From NCBI GenBank assembly GCA_964527185.1, contig CAZGOI010000001.1, positions 6,010 to 70,009 on the forward strand: 64,000 nt of DNA. Direction: 5' to 3'. Origin of the DNA: an uncultured Candidatus Saccharibacteria bacterium. GTDB taxonomy: Bacteria; Patescibacteriota; Minisyncoccia; Phycocordibacterales; UBA9973. Positions 31,282 through 42,125 of the stretch are shown piece by piece. Each line of letters opens with the position of its first letter. Positions within the stretch are counted from its first letter, which is position 1. The translations under genes were made by a program, and so were the position numbers. Below the pieces are notes generated by a model that was not told the origin of the DNA, did no database searches, and saw only the letters and a program-made list of their open reading frames with translations.

Positions 31282-34200
31282 TTAGTTATGAATACTGTAT
31301 GAATCTGTTGGGTAGTTGTAAAGCAGAGTTTCTGCTTGAGGCGTGTTACCTGTGACACCACCTGCTACGTCGTAGTAGGTTGCACTAGATGAAGCACCGA
31401 GCTTGGTAGAGAGAGATGTTGTATTAACAGCACCACTAACTGTAGCTGCGGTTACATAAATGCGGAATGTCTTAGAGGTACCAGCTGGGATCAAGTAGCC
31501 ACCTGCGTTTGTCTGACCAGAACCACAAGCTGCTGTTGTAGTATCGAAACAGATTACGCCTGTTGCCGAACTACCTGTAGTCACACCGAATGTAGCGTTC
31601 TTGGTAGCGATTGTAGCACCTGATGTGTCCTTAACAACTATGTTGTCAGCAGCTGAAACGATCGTAACAACACCTGTTGATGTAACAGTGATTGGAAGTT
31701 GTCCAACTCTTATGTCACCCTTTGCGTTAGCAGTGACTGTAACTTCAAGAAGTTTGACAGAACCGTTTGCCAATGTGTCTGTTGAACCAGCAAGTGAGTA
31801 AGAAGGCATCGAACCTACGAGAGTCATAGTAATAGCTGAAGAAGGAACTGTAAGACCTGTTAAGGTGCTTGTTGAGTTACCACTTGTGTACTTGACTGTT
31901 GTAAGTGTGATAGCTGACGTTGTAGCTGAAGTGAGACCACTTGTACCTACCTCTGGGTAAGATACATATGCGTCTACGTTTACACCAGAACCACCGTTAG
32001 GAACTGCGATTGAAAGACCAGTCATGTATGCAGTACCAGAAACGAATGGAGCAGATATACCATTTACTTTGATGCTTGTAGCAGTTGTAGAACCACTTAC
32101 TGTGAAGGTAAGTTCAGAAACTGTCGATGGAGCATTTGAAGAAGTAAAGTTGAATGTCATCTTTGAGCCGTCAGTAGAACCACCATTAGCAGCAGCGACA
32201 AGCTGAGCAATTGTAGAACTAGATGTGACAACTGTAGGTGTAGCGACTGTACCAGTCTGGAATGTAATTGTTTGACCAGGAACAGCTGAACTTGTTGTAG
32301 AAACATTACTTGTCACACCGATAGATGTAACAGTGAGTGATGTCTGTACAGTAGCACTAGCTGCAGCAGCAGAACTTGAATCAGCAAAGACATCAATAGT
32401 CTTTGTTGCGCCTGGAGCAATTGTAAAGTCTGATGAGAAGGTATTGTCGGCATTACTTGAAGCAGCTGCTGTAGCAGGCTGTTGAGGTGTGCCGGCGTTA
32501 CCCGAAGTCTCAGAAGTTCTTAGACCAGCAAGATCAGCTGATCCTTGTGGACTAGTAGCTGTGAATGCACCGTAAGCAGTATTTACTTTAAGTGTTGTTA
32601 CGCGAACACTCTCAGAAGTACTCTGGTTTTGCAAAATGTATGAACCGATCTTAACACCTGCAGTGTTAGGAGCAGCATTTTGGTTTATATAACCAGCGTT
32701 CTTACCAATCGCAAGGGTAGCAGACTGCATAGTAAGGATATTACCAGTTGCAGTAGGACCTGTGATTGAAGCGTGTGATGACCAGCCTTCAGCTGTAGCA
32801 GCACCCATGTTTGCAGAAACACTACCAGCAGTATAGTTAGTACCACCAGTTGTGCGTAGATCTGCGCGAACTTCGAGTGTACTATCAGCACCTGCAGGAA
32901 CGATCATCTGTGAGCCAAGACTAAATGTCAAAGCACCAGATGTCCAACCTTGCTGTGATCCAACCTGCGCACCATTGAAGTATAGTGTCACATTTTGAAG
33001 ACCAGAAGCAGCAGGAGTTGTACCTGAGAGAACTGGAGTTATAGGAAGTGAAGTAACCTTTATATCCTCACCGTAGCCATGAAGCTTGAAGCGTGCGATA
33101 GCAACGTTTGAAGCACCAGCAGTAGTATTAGTCATAGTACTGAATGTAGGATCAACTACACCAGTGTATGAACCAGTACCGATACTGATCTGGCCAGCTG
33201 TGTTAGGAATAGTTCCAGAAAATGCAACGTTCACACCGATCTGAGGGTCTGTGACCATCAAGTCAGATGCCATTTGCAATGAAACTGTAAGGTTGTAACT
33301 TGAACCCTTTATAACATCACCACGAACTTCAACTGTGTGAGAACCAGTTGTAAGTGAAAGTGGATTTGCAGTCATGTCGAATGTCAAATAGTTAGAACCA
33401 TTTGTAGTCGTCATCATTGCATTATTTCCAACTTTAACACCATCAACGTAGAGTCCTACATTTTGAAGTGCATCAGAAGGGGCTGATCCAGTGATACGGA
33501 AGTTTGCAGCTTTAAGCCACAAAGAACGTGTATTCACTTGGATAGGAGCACGCCATACTGTGTATGAACTTGTTCCAGCGTTTACTGAAGCAGCTGAAAC
33601 TGTGTTTGAACCACTAACAGAAGCGGTAGCAAGTGATCCAGAGCCTGCAATAAACATATCATTACCCTTAACAGCAACTGTGTTTACAGTTGTGCCAACT
33701 GAGAATGATGAAAGTGTTACATAAATGTCATAAGAAGTTGTTGATGAATAAACATCAGCCTTAACAGCAACAGTTCGTGAACCATTAACTGCGAGACCGA
33801 GGTTATTCATAGTGATAGTACCATTCGTATTGAATGAGTAACCATCTGTCAAACGAGTAACTCCATCATAGAGGTAAACGTTTGTAAGGGTGTTTTGATC
33901 AGACACACCACCACGAGTGAGTGTTACAGAATTAACTGTACCATTACCTGTGAATTTGATGTGCATGAGGTCAGCTGTAGCTTGACCGGCAACTATTGTG
34001 CCAGTGGCAGGATTGTCTGTTGAGAGAGCAGCTGAAACTGGGCCTGATTGTGAACCACCAGAACCTGAACCACTGCCTGATCCTGAACCACCGCTTGCGC
34101 CTGCTGCGTTGAGAGCAGCTATTGTCAACTTGCCAACAATGCCATCAGCCTTACCCGATGAAGGGTGACCTGTTTGGAATACTTTGATTGCAGCTGTAGT

Positions 34201-34407
34201 TTTCTTGCCATAAAGACCGTCTACTACTAGACCAGCATTGTCTAATGCATTCAAAGTTTGCTGTAACCACATAACGTCAGCTTTTGAAGATGACTTTGTG
34301 ATTTTGGTTGCTGTAGTTGCCATCCAATCTGCATGTGCAACACCTGCAAAAGTGAGGACAAAAGCTACGAGCAAACCAGCGATTGTTTTTGAATTAATTT
34401 TTAACAT
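31282..34407 (-). CDS. Large cell-surface (S-layer-like) protein with an N-terminal peptidoglycan-binding domain
   Basis: Signal peptide (AHA), LQQTLN...DGLYGKKT.AAIK.FQ...DGIVG, a Gly/Ser linker and about 900 aa of Thr/Ser/Ala/Gly-rich beta sequence. Confidence 0.85.
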   Translation of the reverse strand: MLKINSKTIAGLLVAFVLTFAGVAHADWMATTATKITKSSSKADVMWLQQTLNALDNAGLVVDGLYGKKTTAAIKVFQTGHPSSGKADGIVGKLTIAALNAAGASGGSGSGSGSGSGGSQSGPVSAALSTDNPATGTIVAGQATADLMHIKFTGNGTVNSVTLTRGGVSDQNTLTNVYLYDGVTRLTDGYSFNTNGTITMNNLGLAVNGSRTVAVKADVYSSTTSYDIYVTLSSFSVGTTVNTVAVKGNDMFIAGSGSLATASVSGSNTVSAASVNAGTSSYTVWRAPIQVNTRSLWLKAANFRITGSAPSDALQNVGLYVDGVKVGNNAMMTTTNGSNYLTFDMTANPLSLTTGSHTVEVRGDVIKGSSYNLTVSLQMASDLMVTDPQIGVNVAFSGTIPNTAGQISIGTGSYTGVVDPTFSTMTNTTAGASNVAIARFKLHGYGEDIKVTSLPITPVLSGTTPAASGLQNVTLYFNGAQVGSQQGWTSGALTFSLGSQMIVPAGADSTLEVRADLRTTGGTNYTAGSVSANMGAATAEGWSSHASITGPTATGNILTMQSATLAIGKNAGYINQNAAPNTAGVKIGSYILQNQSTSESVRVTTLKVNTAYGAFTATSPQGSADLAGLRTSETSGNAGTPQQPATAAASSNADNTFSSDFTIAPGATKTIDVFADSSSAAAASATVQTSLTVTSIGVTSNVSTTSSAVPGQTITFQTGTVATPTVVTSSSTIAQLVAAANGGSTDGSKMTFNFTSSNAPSTVSELTFTVSGSTTATSIKVNGISAPFVSGTAYMTGLSIAVPNGGSGVNVDAYVSYPEVGTSGLTSATTSAITLTTVKYTSGNSTSTLTGLTVPSSAITMTLVGSMPSYSLAGSTDTLANGSVKLLEVTVTANAKGDIRVGQLPITVTSTGVVTIVSAADNIVVKDTSGATIATKNATFGVTTGSSATGVICFDTTTAACGSGQTNAGGYLIPAGTSKTFRIYVTAATVSGAVNTTSLSTKLGASSSATYYDVAGGVTGNTPQAETLLYNYPTDSYSIHN

Positions 34408-35035
34408 ATTTTTTTAATTGTATACACGATTAAATCAGCTTCGACTCAACTCGACATTATTTCGAGCTGGAACTGAATGGGTGTATACTTTTTGTTTACA
34501 AAAATTGATCTCTATCAATCAAAAATCATAAACGATTCTCTAAACATATTCTCGCTCCTCTATCAGAGCAAAACATCTGCATAGAAAAAGAAACTTTTTT
34601 GAATGTTCTAGTTTTTTAGACTAGAAACATATCTGCCTTGTCGACAGGGCCGATACCACATCTTTTATTTTTATCTTTAGAGTATTCTCCTCTATCAAAA
34701 GAAAAACTTTCAGGCAAAAACAACAAAGAAGTGGGCGCGACCAATTGAAACATAATTACTAAAAAACCAGCTCAAGACTCCGAAAAGCCTAGAGGATTTT
34801 TAGAGCTACTGTGCCCTTGGTATTAGGGTAAAGTAGTATTAAATTTTCAATGATCGCCCCAGATGCATATATTTTTAAACGCATAAGGGATAGTGCAATG
34901 TTAGCACACTCTGCGAAAATACGCCAGCACTAACATGCAATAGCATTATATACCAAAAATATCTAAATAGGCAATAAATATGGCCTAGAATGTGGATAAG
35001 TTGGGTAGAATAAGTGGGCTATTGGATAAAAGCCT

Positions 35036-35860
35036 TTATTGGGTAATATAGCGGGACCAGCGTTTAGAACCGCTCTTTTTTATCTGACCCTTTAAAACCA
35101 TAGAATTAAGCTCCCTTTGAATTGTCTTCTCAGAGCAGTCAACAAAAGCTGAAGATATGTCTTTAATCGAGATACCATGTTCATTACCTGGTATATTTTT
35201 TCTGTCTTTTATGATGGACATTATTTTCTCAACCCTATCCTGTTTGTTTAAATCACCGTATTTATTGTCTTTCTGTATCAAGGACCTTCTTGGGAATCTT
35301 GTATCAGACATAAAGGACATATTAACATTGTTTGTCCTTTTGTCTTTTATATAGTTTAAATCGTTATATGGATTATTATTCCCAAGGGTTTCTAGATTAA
35401 ACATCTTGTCATCTAGGATGAATGGAAAATGCTTATCTTTAGATTGGTTGAATTCTACTTTTGATACTAAACCCACCAGCTCCCCTCTGAGTATTCCTGT
35501 GTTCATTTCAGATATTAGGCCTATTGTAGAGGAAATCTCGATAAGGGAAATAATCTCACCAATGTGGGATAGAACCACCCTAGTATAATCTCTTTTATCC
35601 ACAGGAGATAGATTGGGTAGTTTGTACATATCGGACAGTAGTTCAACTCCAAGAAGTCTGATCTTGCCACGCAAAGCATCTTCATAATCCATACAATCTG
35701 TTACCATATATAGCGCTGTAATCAGTTTTTCTGTCTTTTTATTGACGTAATCATAAATGGGCTTATTTATTAAAGATTTATTGCTTGAAATAGGTGGGTT
35801 ATTATTTCTATAACTACTATTAAATATGTCTGTCTTTTTGTTGTCTTTATGATAATCCAT
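35036..35860 (-). CDS. Hypothetical protein with a C-terminal winged-HTH
   Basis: KTEKLITALYMVTD helical N-domain and SIKDI...CSEKTIQREL...G.KRWSRY wHTH. Confidence 0.8.
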   Translation of the reverse strand: MDYHKDNKKTDIFNSSYRNNNPPISSNKSLINKPIYDYVNKKTEKLITALYMVTDCMDYEDALRGKIRLLGVELLSDMYKLPNLSPVDKRDYTRVVLSHIGEIISLIEISSTIGLISEMNTGILRGELVGLVSKVEFNQSKDKHFPFILDDKMFNLETLGNNNPYNDLNYIKDKRTNNVNMSFMSDTRFPRRSLIQKDNKYGDLNKQDRVEKIMSIIKDRKNIPGNEHGISIKDISSAFVDCSEKTIQRELNSMVLKGQIKKSGSKRWSRYITQ

Positions 35861-35959
35861 GTGTCTTTTTGCAAAATTTATATAAATTTTTTGTCCTTGA
35901 TTTGTCCATTATATACCTAAAAAAATGCAATGCAAATAGTGTGTTATAATTAGCCGTAT

Positions 35960-38173
35960 ATGGCTAAAAAAGATGTTGGTGACGAAGAAATTGAAGCCTC
36001 GAGTAAGGGTGGTAGCAAAAATAAGAATAAAAAAAAGAAAGTTGAATTGAAAGATGAAACTCGCTACAGCATATGGGGTGTTGTCGTGCTTTTATTTGGG
36101 CTTATAATATTTTTATCTATATTTAGGTTGGCTGGTGTCGCCGGTAATTTCATATATAGTTTGCTTAGTTCCCTATTTGGTTTTGGGTACTATATTTTGC
36201 CAATTCTTTTGGTAATAGTTGGCATATCTTTTATGAAGGGCGACAAACCGCAGGTTGCAAAACTTCATGCTGTAACTTCAGCAACTGCCCTGCTTTCAGC
36301 ACTCGCCATTTTAAATATCGCAAGCAATGGAGCTGGCCCTTCTAACGATATTTCTTTTAGCGGCTATTTTGGCAGTATTGTTGCTTGGCCTTTCGTTAAA
36401 CTTTTTGGAATTTATGCTGGGATACTTATCTTGGGAACACTTTTAATAATTTCTCTGATTGCGCTTTTTGATAAGAGACCGAACCTAATGTGGCTGTGGC
36501 AGAAGATATTTAACTTCTTCAAGTTTATAATTAAAAAGCCAAAGTTTTCTATGGGTAAAACCGATGGCCTGCCCTATGATGAAGAAGTGCTAGACCAAAC
36601 AGAAGAAAAAGTAGAGCCACAACCAGTGGTTCAAGGAGTTGAAAGCCATATTGAAGAGGTGGGAGCTGATAATATTGATGAAATTGAAGAATCATTTCCG
36701 GCAAGGAAAAAATTTAAAACCACTTATGTTGCCCCTGCCCTTTCGTTACTTGAAAAAGATAAGGGTAAGCCGAATGTCGGCGACTTGAAAGGAAACATGA
36801 ACATAATTCAGCGGACACTTCTTAATTTTGGAATTTCTGTCGAGATGGATGAAGTAACGATTGGCCCAACGGTAACTCGCTATGCTCTCAAACCAGCTCA
36901 GGGTGTGAAGCTATCGCGGATCGTTGGTCTGCAGAACGACCTATCACTTGCACTGGCTGCCCACCCTATTCGTATTGAGGCACCGATCCCTGGCAAATCG
37001 CTAGTCGGAATTGAAATACCGAATAAAGTAAAATCTATCGTCGGTCTAGCAACGCTCCTTGATGATGAGAAATTTAGAAATTCGCCAAAGCCATTAACAG
37101 TCGCGCTCGGTCGCGCTCTTTCTGGCAAAGCAGTCTTTGGAAATTTAGCCAAGATGCCGCACATGTTGGTAGCTGGAGCGACTGGTTCTGGTAAGTCGGT
37201 GACAATACATTCGATCATCACATCGCTGCTTTATCGCAACGGGCCGGAAGATTTGCGGATGATCATGGTTGACCCAAAGCGCGTCGAGCTGACGCTTTAC
37301 AATAAAATCCCCCACTTGCTGACTCCAGTTATCACCGACCCGAAAAAAACTATTCTTGCGCTCAAGTGGGCAGCTCGCGAGATGGATAGGCGTTATGATA
37401 TACTTGAAGCAGAATCGGTTCGCGACATAGAATCATACCATAGCAATATTTATGGAAATGGTAAAAAAGAAGAAGCTGAGAGGATGCCATACATTGTGAT
37501 CGTCATCGACGAACTCGCCGATATCATGCAGGCTTACCCGAGGGAGCTCGAAAGCGCTATCGTCCGTTTGGCTCAGATGTCTCGGGCTGTCGGTATCCAC
37601 CTCATACTCTCAACCCAGAGGCCGAGTGTCAACGTCATCACGGGTCTTATCAAAGCCAATGTCCCTTCGCGCGTGGCACTGCAAGTTTCTTCGCAGATAG
37701 ATTCAAGGACAATCCTCGATGCTGGCGGGGCAGAAAAATTGCTCGGGGCTGGAGATATGCTTTATATATCGGGAGAAATGTCGCAACCAGAAAGATTGCA
37801 GAGTGCTTTTATATCTGAAGAAGAAGTTAAAAAAGTTGTCGAATATTTGCGCCGTGAGTATGAAGATGAATTGCCGGACACAATCGAACTCTCGGGTTCA
37901 GTCGAGCGGGGTACTAATTTATTTGGTGATAGTATCGAGGGTGGAGATGAAGATGATCTATATGAAGATGCGAGGATGACAGTCATGGAAGCCGGCAAGG
38001 CATCGACATCTTATTTACAAAGAAAACTTGGTGTCGGCTATGCTAGGGCTGCAAAATTGATCGACATGCTTGAGGAGCGCGGCGTCATCGGCCCGGGCAA
38101 CGGTGCCAAACCCCGCGACGTGTTAGAGCGACCGGTTGACCATACAAACCAAACAGCTGAAAATATTAATTAA
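35960..38173 (+). CDS. ftsK: DNA translocase FtsK/SpoIIIE
   Basis: N-terminal TMs, RIEAPIPGK, GATGSGKS, IDELAD, TQRPS and gamma domain STSYLQRKLGVGYARA. Confidence 0.97.
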   Translation: MAKKDVGDEEIEASSKGGSKNKNKKKKVELKDETRYSIWGVVVLLFGLIIFLSIFRLAGVAGNFIYSLLSSLFGFGYYILPILLVIVGISFMKGDKPQVAKLHAVTSATALLSALAILNIASNGAGPSNDISFSGYFGSIVAWPFVKLFGIYAGILILGTLLIISLIALFDKRPNLMWLWQKIFNFFKFIIKKPKFSMGKTDGLPYDEEVLDQTEEKVEPQPVVQGVESHIEEVGADNIDEIEESFPARKKFKTTYVAPALSLLEKDKGKPNVGDLKGNMNIIQRTLLNFGISVEMDEVTIGPTVTRYALKPAQGVKLSRIVGLQNDLSLALAAHPIRIEAPIPGKSLVGIEIPNKVKSIVGLATLLDDEKFRNSPKPLTVALGRALSGKAVFGNLAKMPHMLVAGATGSGKSVTIHSIITSLLYRNGPEDLRMIMVDPKRVELTLYNKIPHLLTPVITDPKKTILALKWAAREMDRRYDILEAESVRDIESYHSNIYGNGKKEEAERMPYIVIVIDELADIMQAYPRELESAIVRLAQMSRAVGIHLILSTQRPSVNVITGLIKANVPSRVALQVSSQIDSRTILDAGGAEKLLGAGDMLYISGEMSQPERLQSAFISEEEVKKVVEYLRREYEDELPDTIELSGSVERGTNLFGDSIEGGDEDDLYEDARMTVMEAGKASTSYLQRKLGVGYARAAKLIDMLEERGVIGPGNGAKPRDVLERPVDHTNQTAENIN

Positions 38174-38174
38174 A

Positions 38175-38573
38175 ATGAAATTTAAGAAAAACAAAAGCAT
38201 AAAATGGTGGATGAGTTTGGGTCTTTTTGTTGTCCTATTTGTTTTTATTGGGGGTTTTGCATATATGAAGATGCGATATTTGATCTACGGTGTTAATATC
38301 AGGGCTTCGATTACAAAGAGTGGCACGTCGTCGCTTATCGAAATTCTCGGCAATGCTAAAAACGCAACATATGTGACACTGGATGGCCGAGAAATCTTTA
38401 TCGATAAAGATGGTGCGTTCAAAGAGCAAGTGGCCCTCCTGCCTGGACTGTCGGTGTTTGCTATAGATACTGAAGATAAATTTGGAAATATGAAAGAGAA
38501 AAAATTAGAAGTCATGTATGAACAATCAAAAGGAGTTGTAGCAGTCGGCAATACTATTATTAATACAAATTAA
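38175..38573 (+). CDS. Membrane-anchored Ig-like hypothetical protein
   Basis: TM followed by beta-rich DGAFKE...LLPG...DKFGN. Confidence 0.7.
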   Translation: MKFKKNKSIKWWMSLGLFVVLFVFIGGFAYMKMRYLIYGVNIRASITKSGTSSLIEILGNAKNATYVTLDGREIFIDKDGAFKEQVALLPGLSVFAIDTEDKFGNMKEKKLEVMYEQSKGVVAVGNTIINTN

Positions 38574-38575
38574 TT

Positions 38576-39625
38576 ATGCAAAAGAAAGTAAAGAGGGAAC
38601 CAAAAGAATTGGGTGTAGAGAAAATCGAGGATACCATTAAATCGATACAGACAAAATTCGGCGAGGGCGCGATCATGAAATTGGGCGATGCCGCCAAAGT
38701 AAATGTCGACGTCATACCGACCGGTTCTATCGGTCTTGATATGGCACTCGGGGTTGGTGGTGTGCCTCGCGGTAGAATTATAGAAATTTTTGGCCCAGAA
38801 TCTTCTGGTAAGACGACGCTCGCCCTCCACATCGTAGCCGAAGCCCAGAGAAAGGGCGGTATATGTGCCTACATAGACGCTGAACATGCTATGGACCCAG
38901 ACTACGCAGGTAAATTGGGCGTCAGCACTAAAGATCTGCTGATCTCACAACCAGACAACGGTGAACAAGCACTCGAAATAACAGAAAGTTTAATCCGTTC
39001 GGGGAAAATCGATGTTGTTGTTGTCGATTCTGTCGCTGCATTAACCCCGCGCGATGAAATCGAGGGCGATATGGGTCAGCAACACGTCGGCAAACAAGCG
39101 CGATTAATGTCGCAAGCCTTGCGCAAATTGACCGCAATAGTTGCTCGTTCAAAGACAGTAGTCATTTTCATAAACCAAATTCGTATGCAGATCGGTATAA
39201 TGTTTGGCAACCCAGAAACGACCCCAGGCGGTAAAGCTTTGAAGTTCTACACATCTGTTCGCATGGATATTCGTCGTATTGCTCAGATCAAGAAAGGCGA
39301 TGAAGTTGTCGGTTCGCGGACACGCGTAAAAGTTGTAAAGAATAAGGTGGCGGCTCCATTTAAACAAACAGAATTTGATATTCTCTATGGTGAGGGTATT
39401 TCGCGTGAAGGTGAAATAATAGCTCTAGGCGAGAAGCTTGGGATCATCGAGAAATCTGGAGCCTCGTATTCATATAAGAACAAAGATGGTGAAAAGGTTC
39501 CAATGGGTCGTGGTTATGACGCGACTCGCACCTGGCTCAAGGAAAATAAAAAGGTCGCCGACACAATTTTGAAAGAAGTAAAAAACCGCTTTGGCGAAAT
39601 ACAGATAACGAGCGCCGGAGAATAA
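38576..39625 (+). CDS. recA: Recombinase RecA
   Basis: [32 protein letters not shown] and [15 protein letters not shown] motifs. Confidence 0.99.
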   Translation: MQKKVKREPKELGVEKIEDTIKSIQTKFGEGAIMKLGDAAKVNVDVIPTGSIGLDMALGVGGVPRGRIIEIFGPESSGKTTLALHIVAEAQRKGGICAYIDAEHAMDPDYAGKLGVSTKDLLISQPDNGEQALEITESLIRSGKIDVVVVDSVAALTPRDEIEGDMGQQHVGKQARLMSQALRKLTAIVARSKTVVIFINQIRMQIGIMFGNPETTPGGKALKFYTSVRMDIRRIAQIKKGDEVVGSRTRVKVVKNKVAAPFKQTEFDILYGEGISREGEIIALGEKLGIIEKSGASYSYKNKDGEKVPMGRGYDATRTWLKENKKVADTILKEVKNRFGEIQITSAGE

Positions 39626-39668
39626 AAAAACTCCACCCATGCGTGGACGGAGTTTAATAAACTAATCT

Positions 39669-40034
39669 TCACCTTGATTTTTTGAGTCTTTCAAATATTA
39701 GGCATAGTAGCCAACATAAAATAGTGCCACACAGCGCTAAAAATATCGAATAAAATAAAATTAGAAGAAAACTATAATTATTTTGACTCGAAATCTTTTG
39801 GCAGGAAAGTATAAAAGATGTTGAGTAGACGACCATCAGTGCCCAGGGTAAATCTTCTGTACTTAATTTTATATTTACATATAAATAAATTACCGAACCG
39901 AACACAAAGATGGTAGAGATAAGCAAAAAATTTGTGACGGGGATATTTATTTTGTTAAAAATTTCTGGGAAAAGACTTAGCGCTGCACAAAATATCAAGA
40001 GTACAGAGGTAAATATTTTTAGGAACTTTTTCAT
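39669..40034 (-). CDS. Hypothetical membrane protein
   Basis: 121 aa with about four hydrophobic segments; AT-rich. Confidence 0.6.
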   Translation of the reverse strand: MKKFLKIFTSVLLIFCAALSLFPEIFNKINIPVTNFLLISTIFVFGSVIYLYVNIKLSTEDLPWALMVVYSTSFILSCQKISSQNNYSFLLILFYSIFLALCGTILCWLLCLIFERLKKSR

Positions 40035-40124
40035 AACTTTGAGTTTTATTTTTTAAGATTATGTTCTTTTTTAATATATTGTCAATAGCTTGAAAAAATT
40101 TCATCGATCATATAGAATAGCCCC

Positions 40125-40697
40125 ATGCTTGAATACAACGAAATACGCGAAAGAAAAATAATTATTTATGAAAGCGAACCTTGCGAGGTTATGGAAAGCC
40201 ACGTTGCGCGGACCCAACAACGCAAGCCACAAAATCAGGTGAAACTGAAGAGTCTGCTTTCTGGTCGCACTTGGAATGCAACATTTCATACTTCAGACAA
40301 AGCTGAAGAGGCTGAGATCACAAAAAAAGATGTAAAGTTTCTGTATGCGAATCGCGGCGAATATTGGTTTTGTGACCCGAACAATCCTCGCGATAGATTT
40401 GAGTTGCCAGAAGAAATTCTCGGCGATTCGGCAAAATATTTAAAGACAAATGAGTTAGCCATTGCTTTGGTCTGGGATAATAGTGGCCAAGACAAGATAA
40501 TCAGCGTCAAGGTTCCGGTCAAAATGGAATTTATCATCAAAGAAGCTCCGCCGGCTATCAAGGGCAATACCGCTTCAGGCGGCGGCAAGACAGCCACGCT
40601 TGAAAATGGAGTAAAAATAACTGTGCCGTTTTTTGTAGAAGCTGGCGACAGAGTCAGAGTCAACACCGAGACCGGAGAGTACGTCGAGCGAGTTTAA
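40125..40697 (+). CDS. efp: Elongation factor P
   Basis: KGNTASGGGKTATLENG, VPFFV..GD.V.VNTETGEYVERV. Confidence 0.95.
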   Translation: MLEYNEIRERKIIIYESEPCEVMESHVARTQQRKPQNQVKLKSLLSGRTWNATFHTSDKAEEAEITKKDVKFLYANRGEYWFCDPNNPRDRFELPEEILGDSAKYLKTNELAIALVWDNSGQDKIISVKVPVKMEFIIKEAPPAIKGNTASGGGKTATLENGVKITVPFFVEAGDRVRVNTETGEYVERV

Positions 40698-40733
40698 TAG
40701 GAAATAAAAAATCCTTGAAAAATTAAGGTTTTT

Positions 40734-41447
40734 TTATTTCAACTTGATTCTTTTTATTTTTTCAAAAAGAGGTTGATATAGATCTTCTTTGATATCGATC
40801 AGGAGTTCTTTTTTATTTATCTTGTCAGTGAAATCAATTGACGCATCGGTGATGAGGGCAAGTGGTTGTCGTTCCTTCCCCTCCCCCATTTCAAGCACCG
40901 CGGCTGTAGCCAGACTGTCAGCCACATCAGTTCTTGATAATTTAAGTATTCTGCCAAAAATATCTGAGGTCCCCCTATAATCTCGAACACCCTTAAACCC
41001 GGCATAACCGAGAGCAACGCCTACTATACCAGCTCTAAGAGGAAATATTCGGCTGTCAGTTATCAATACGCCAAGGTTTTTTACCTTATAAATTTTTTTA
41101 AGCTTATTGCGAATTCTTGTCGCTGCTCTAAAACTATCTTTTGGAAGAAGAACTATCTTACCTGCTGCATTTGATTCATCAATACCAGCTGATGACATAA
41201 CCATCCCGTCTTTAATTGTAAGCCATGTGTACTTAGTACGTATTGCAATTTGACTTTCTTTTTTTATAATGAGTTCTCGATCTTTTTTATTACCGAGTGG
41301 GACCGTTCTATTTTCAGAAAGCGCAACAATTTTCGATGTTATGACAATAACAGAACACTCTGGCACGCGGCCAATATTGAAAGCGATGAAAGAAATAAGA
41401 TCTTCGCCTTCTTTAAATATTCTAGTTTTAAATGTTTTTATTTTCAT
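40734..41447 (-). CDS. CofE-like gamma-glutamyl ligase family protein
   Basis: ITSKIV...E, AGIDESN, ITDS...PLRAG..GVALG and MGEG.E.QP motifs. Confidence 0.85.
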   Translation of the reverse strand: MKIKTFKTRIFKEGEDLISFIAFNIGRVPECSVIVITSKIVALSENRTVPLGNKKDRELIIKKESQIAIRTKYTWLTIKDGMVMSSAGIDESNAAGKIVLLPKDSFRAATRIRNKLKKIYKVKNLGVLITDSRIFPLRAGIVGVALGYAGFKGVRDYRGTSDIFGRILKLSRTDVADSLATAAVLEMGEGKERQPLALITDASIDFTDKINKKELLIDIKEDLYQPLFEKIKRIKLK

Positions 41448-42081
41448 TTCGAGAACGAAGTAGCCAAATGCCCAGATATGAAAGTGGCGTATAGCAGAGA
41501 CCCATTAGAACTTTAAATAGCCACCACGAGATAATGATATTTATAAGCGTATGGATAGGATAGATACCGAGAAAAGCGATGACCATAAAAATCACGCTGT
41601 CGAGCAACTGCGACCAAACATTAGAAAGATTTGATCTTAGCCAAAAATATTTACCTTTGGTAACTTTACGAAAAAAGAAAAAAGAAATGACGTCCTGGTA
41701 TTCGGCAAAAGCAAATGCTGTGAGCGAGGCGATCGAAACACGAGCCGATAAACCAAATACTTGTTCCCAACCGTCTTTAATCCAAAGACCTTCTTTAGCC
41801 CACGGGACGATAACTGATAGAAACGAGTAGAGAAGAAAAAGTAGAATGCTAATAACTCCGGCTAGGACAAATTGCTTGGCCATTTTCTTGCCATAGACTT
41901 CACCGATAACATCGGTCATGATAAAAACAACTGGAAAAGAAAATATAGCGACGCTCAAATGAGTGCCAAAAACAAACGGCATGATCTTGAGGCCAAGTGT
42001 ATTGGCAGCAAAAAGCGAAGTGATGTATAGAGTGAGGCAAATGAGAATTTTTCTGTAATCTTTTAGAGTGAGTGTTTCCAT
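41428..42081 (-). CDS. Queuosine precursor transporter (YhhQ/VUT family)
   Basis: AN...K, FP..F..TDVIGEVYGKK, ASL.AF and WLRSNLSNVWSQLLDSVIF motifs. Confidence 0.9.
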   Translation of the reverse strand: METLTLKDYRKILICLTLYITSLFAANTLGLKIMPFVFGTHLSVAIFSFPVVFIMTDVIGEVYGKKMAKQFVLAGVISILLFLLYSFLSVIVPWAKEGLWIKDGWEQVFGLSARVSIASLTAFAFAEYQDVISFFFFRKVTKGKYFWLRSNLSNVWSQLLDSVIFMVIAFLGIYPIHTLINIIISWWLFKVLMGLCYTPLSYLGIWLLRSRNENKNI

Positions 42082-42125
42082 ATTTCAAAAAAGATAAAAT
42101 CCCCTGGATGGGAGATTTTATAAGA

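Noticed and set aside
34985-35035. DnaA box (tgtggataa) suggesting oriC
   Set aside because: Only one perfect box here, with others scattered inside genes. No cluster and no dnaA/dnaN nearby.
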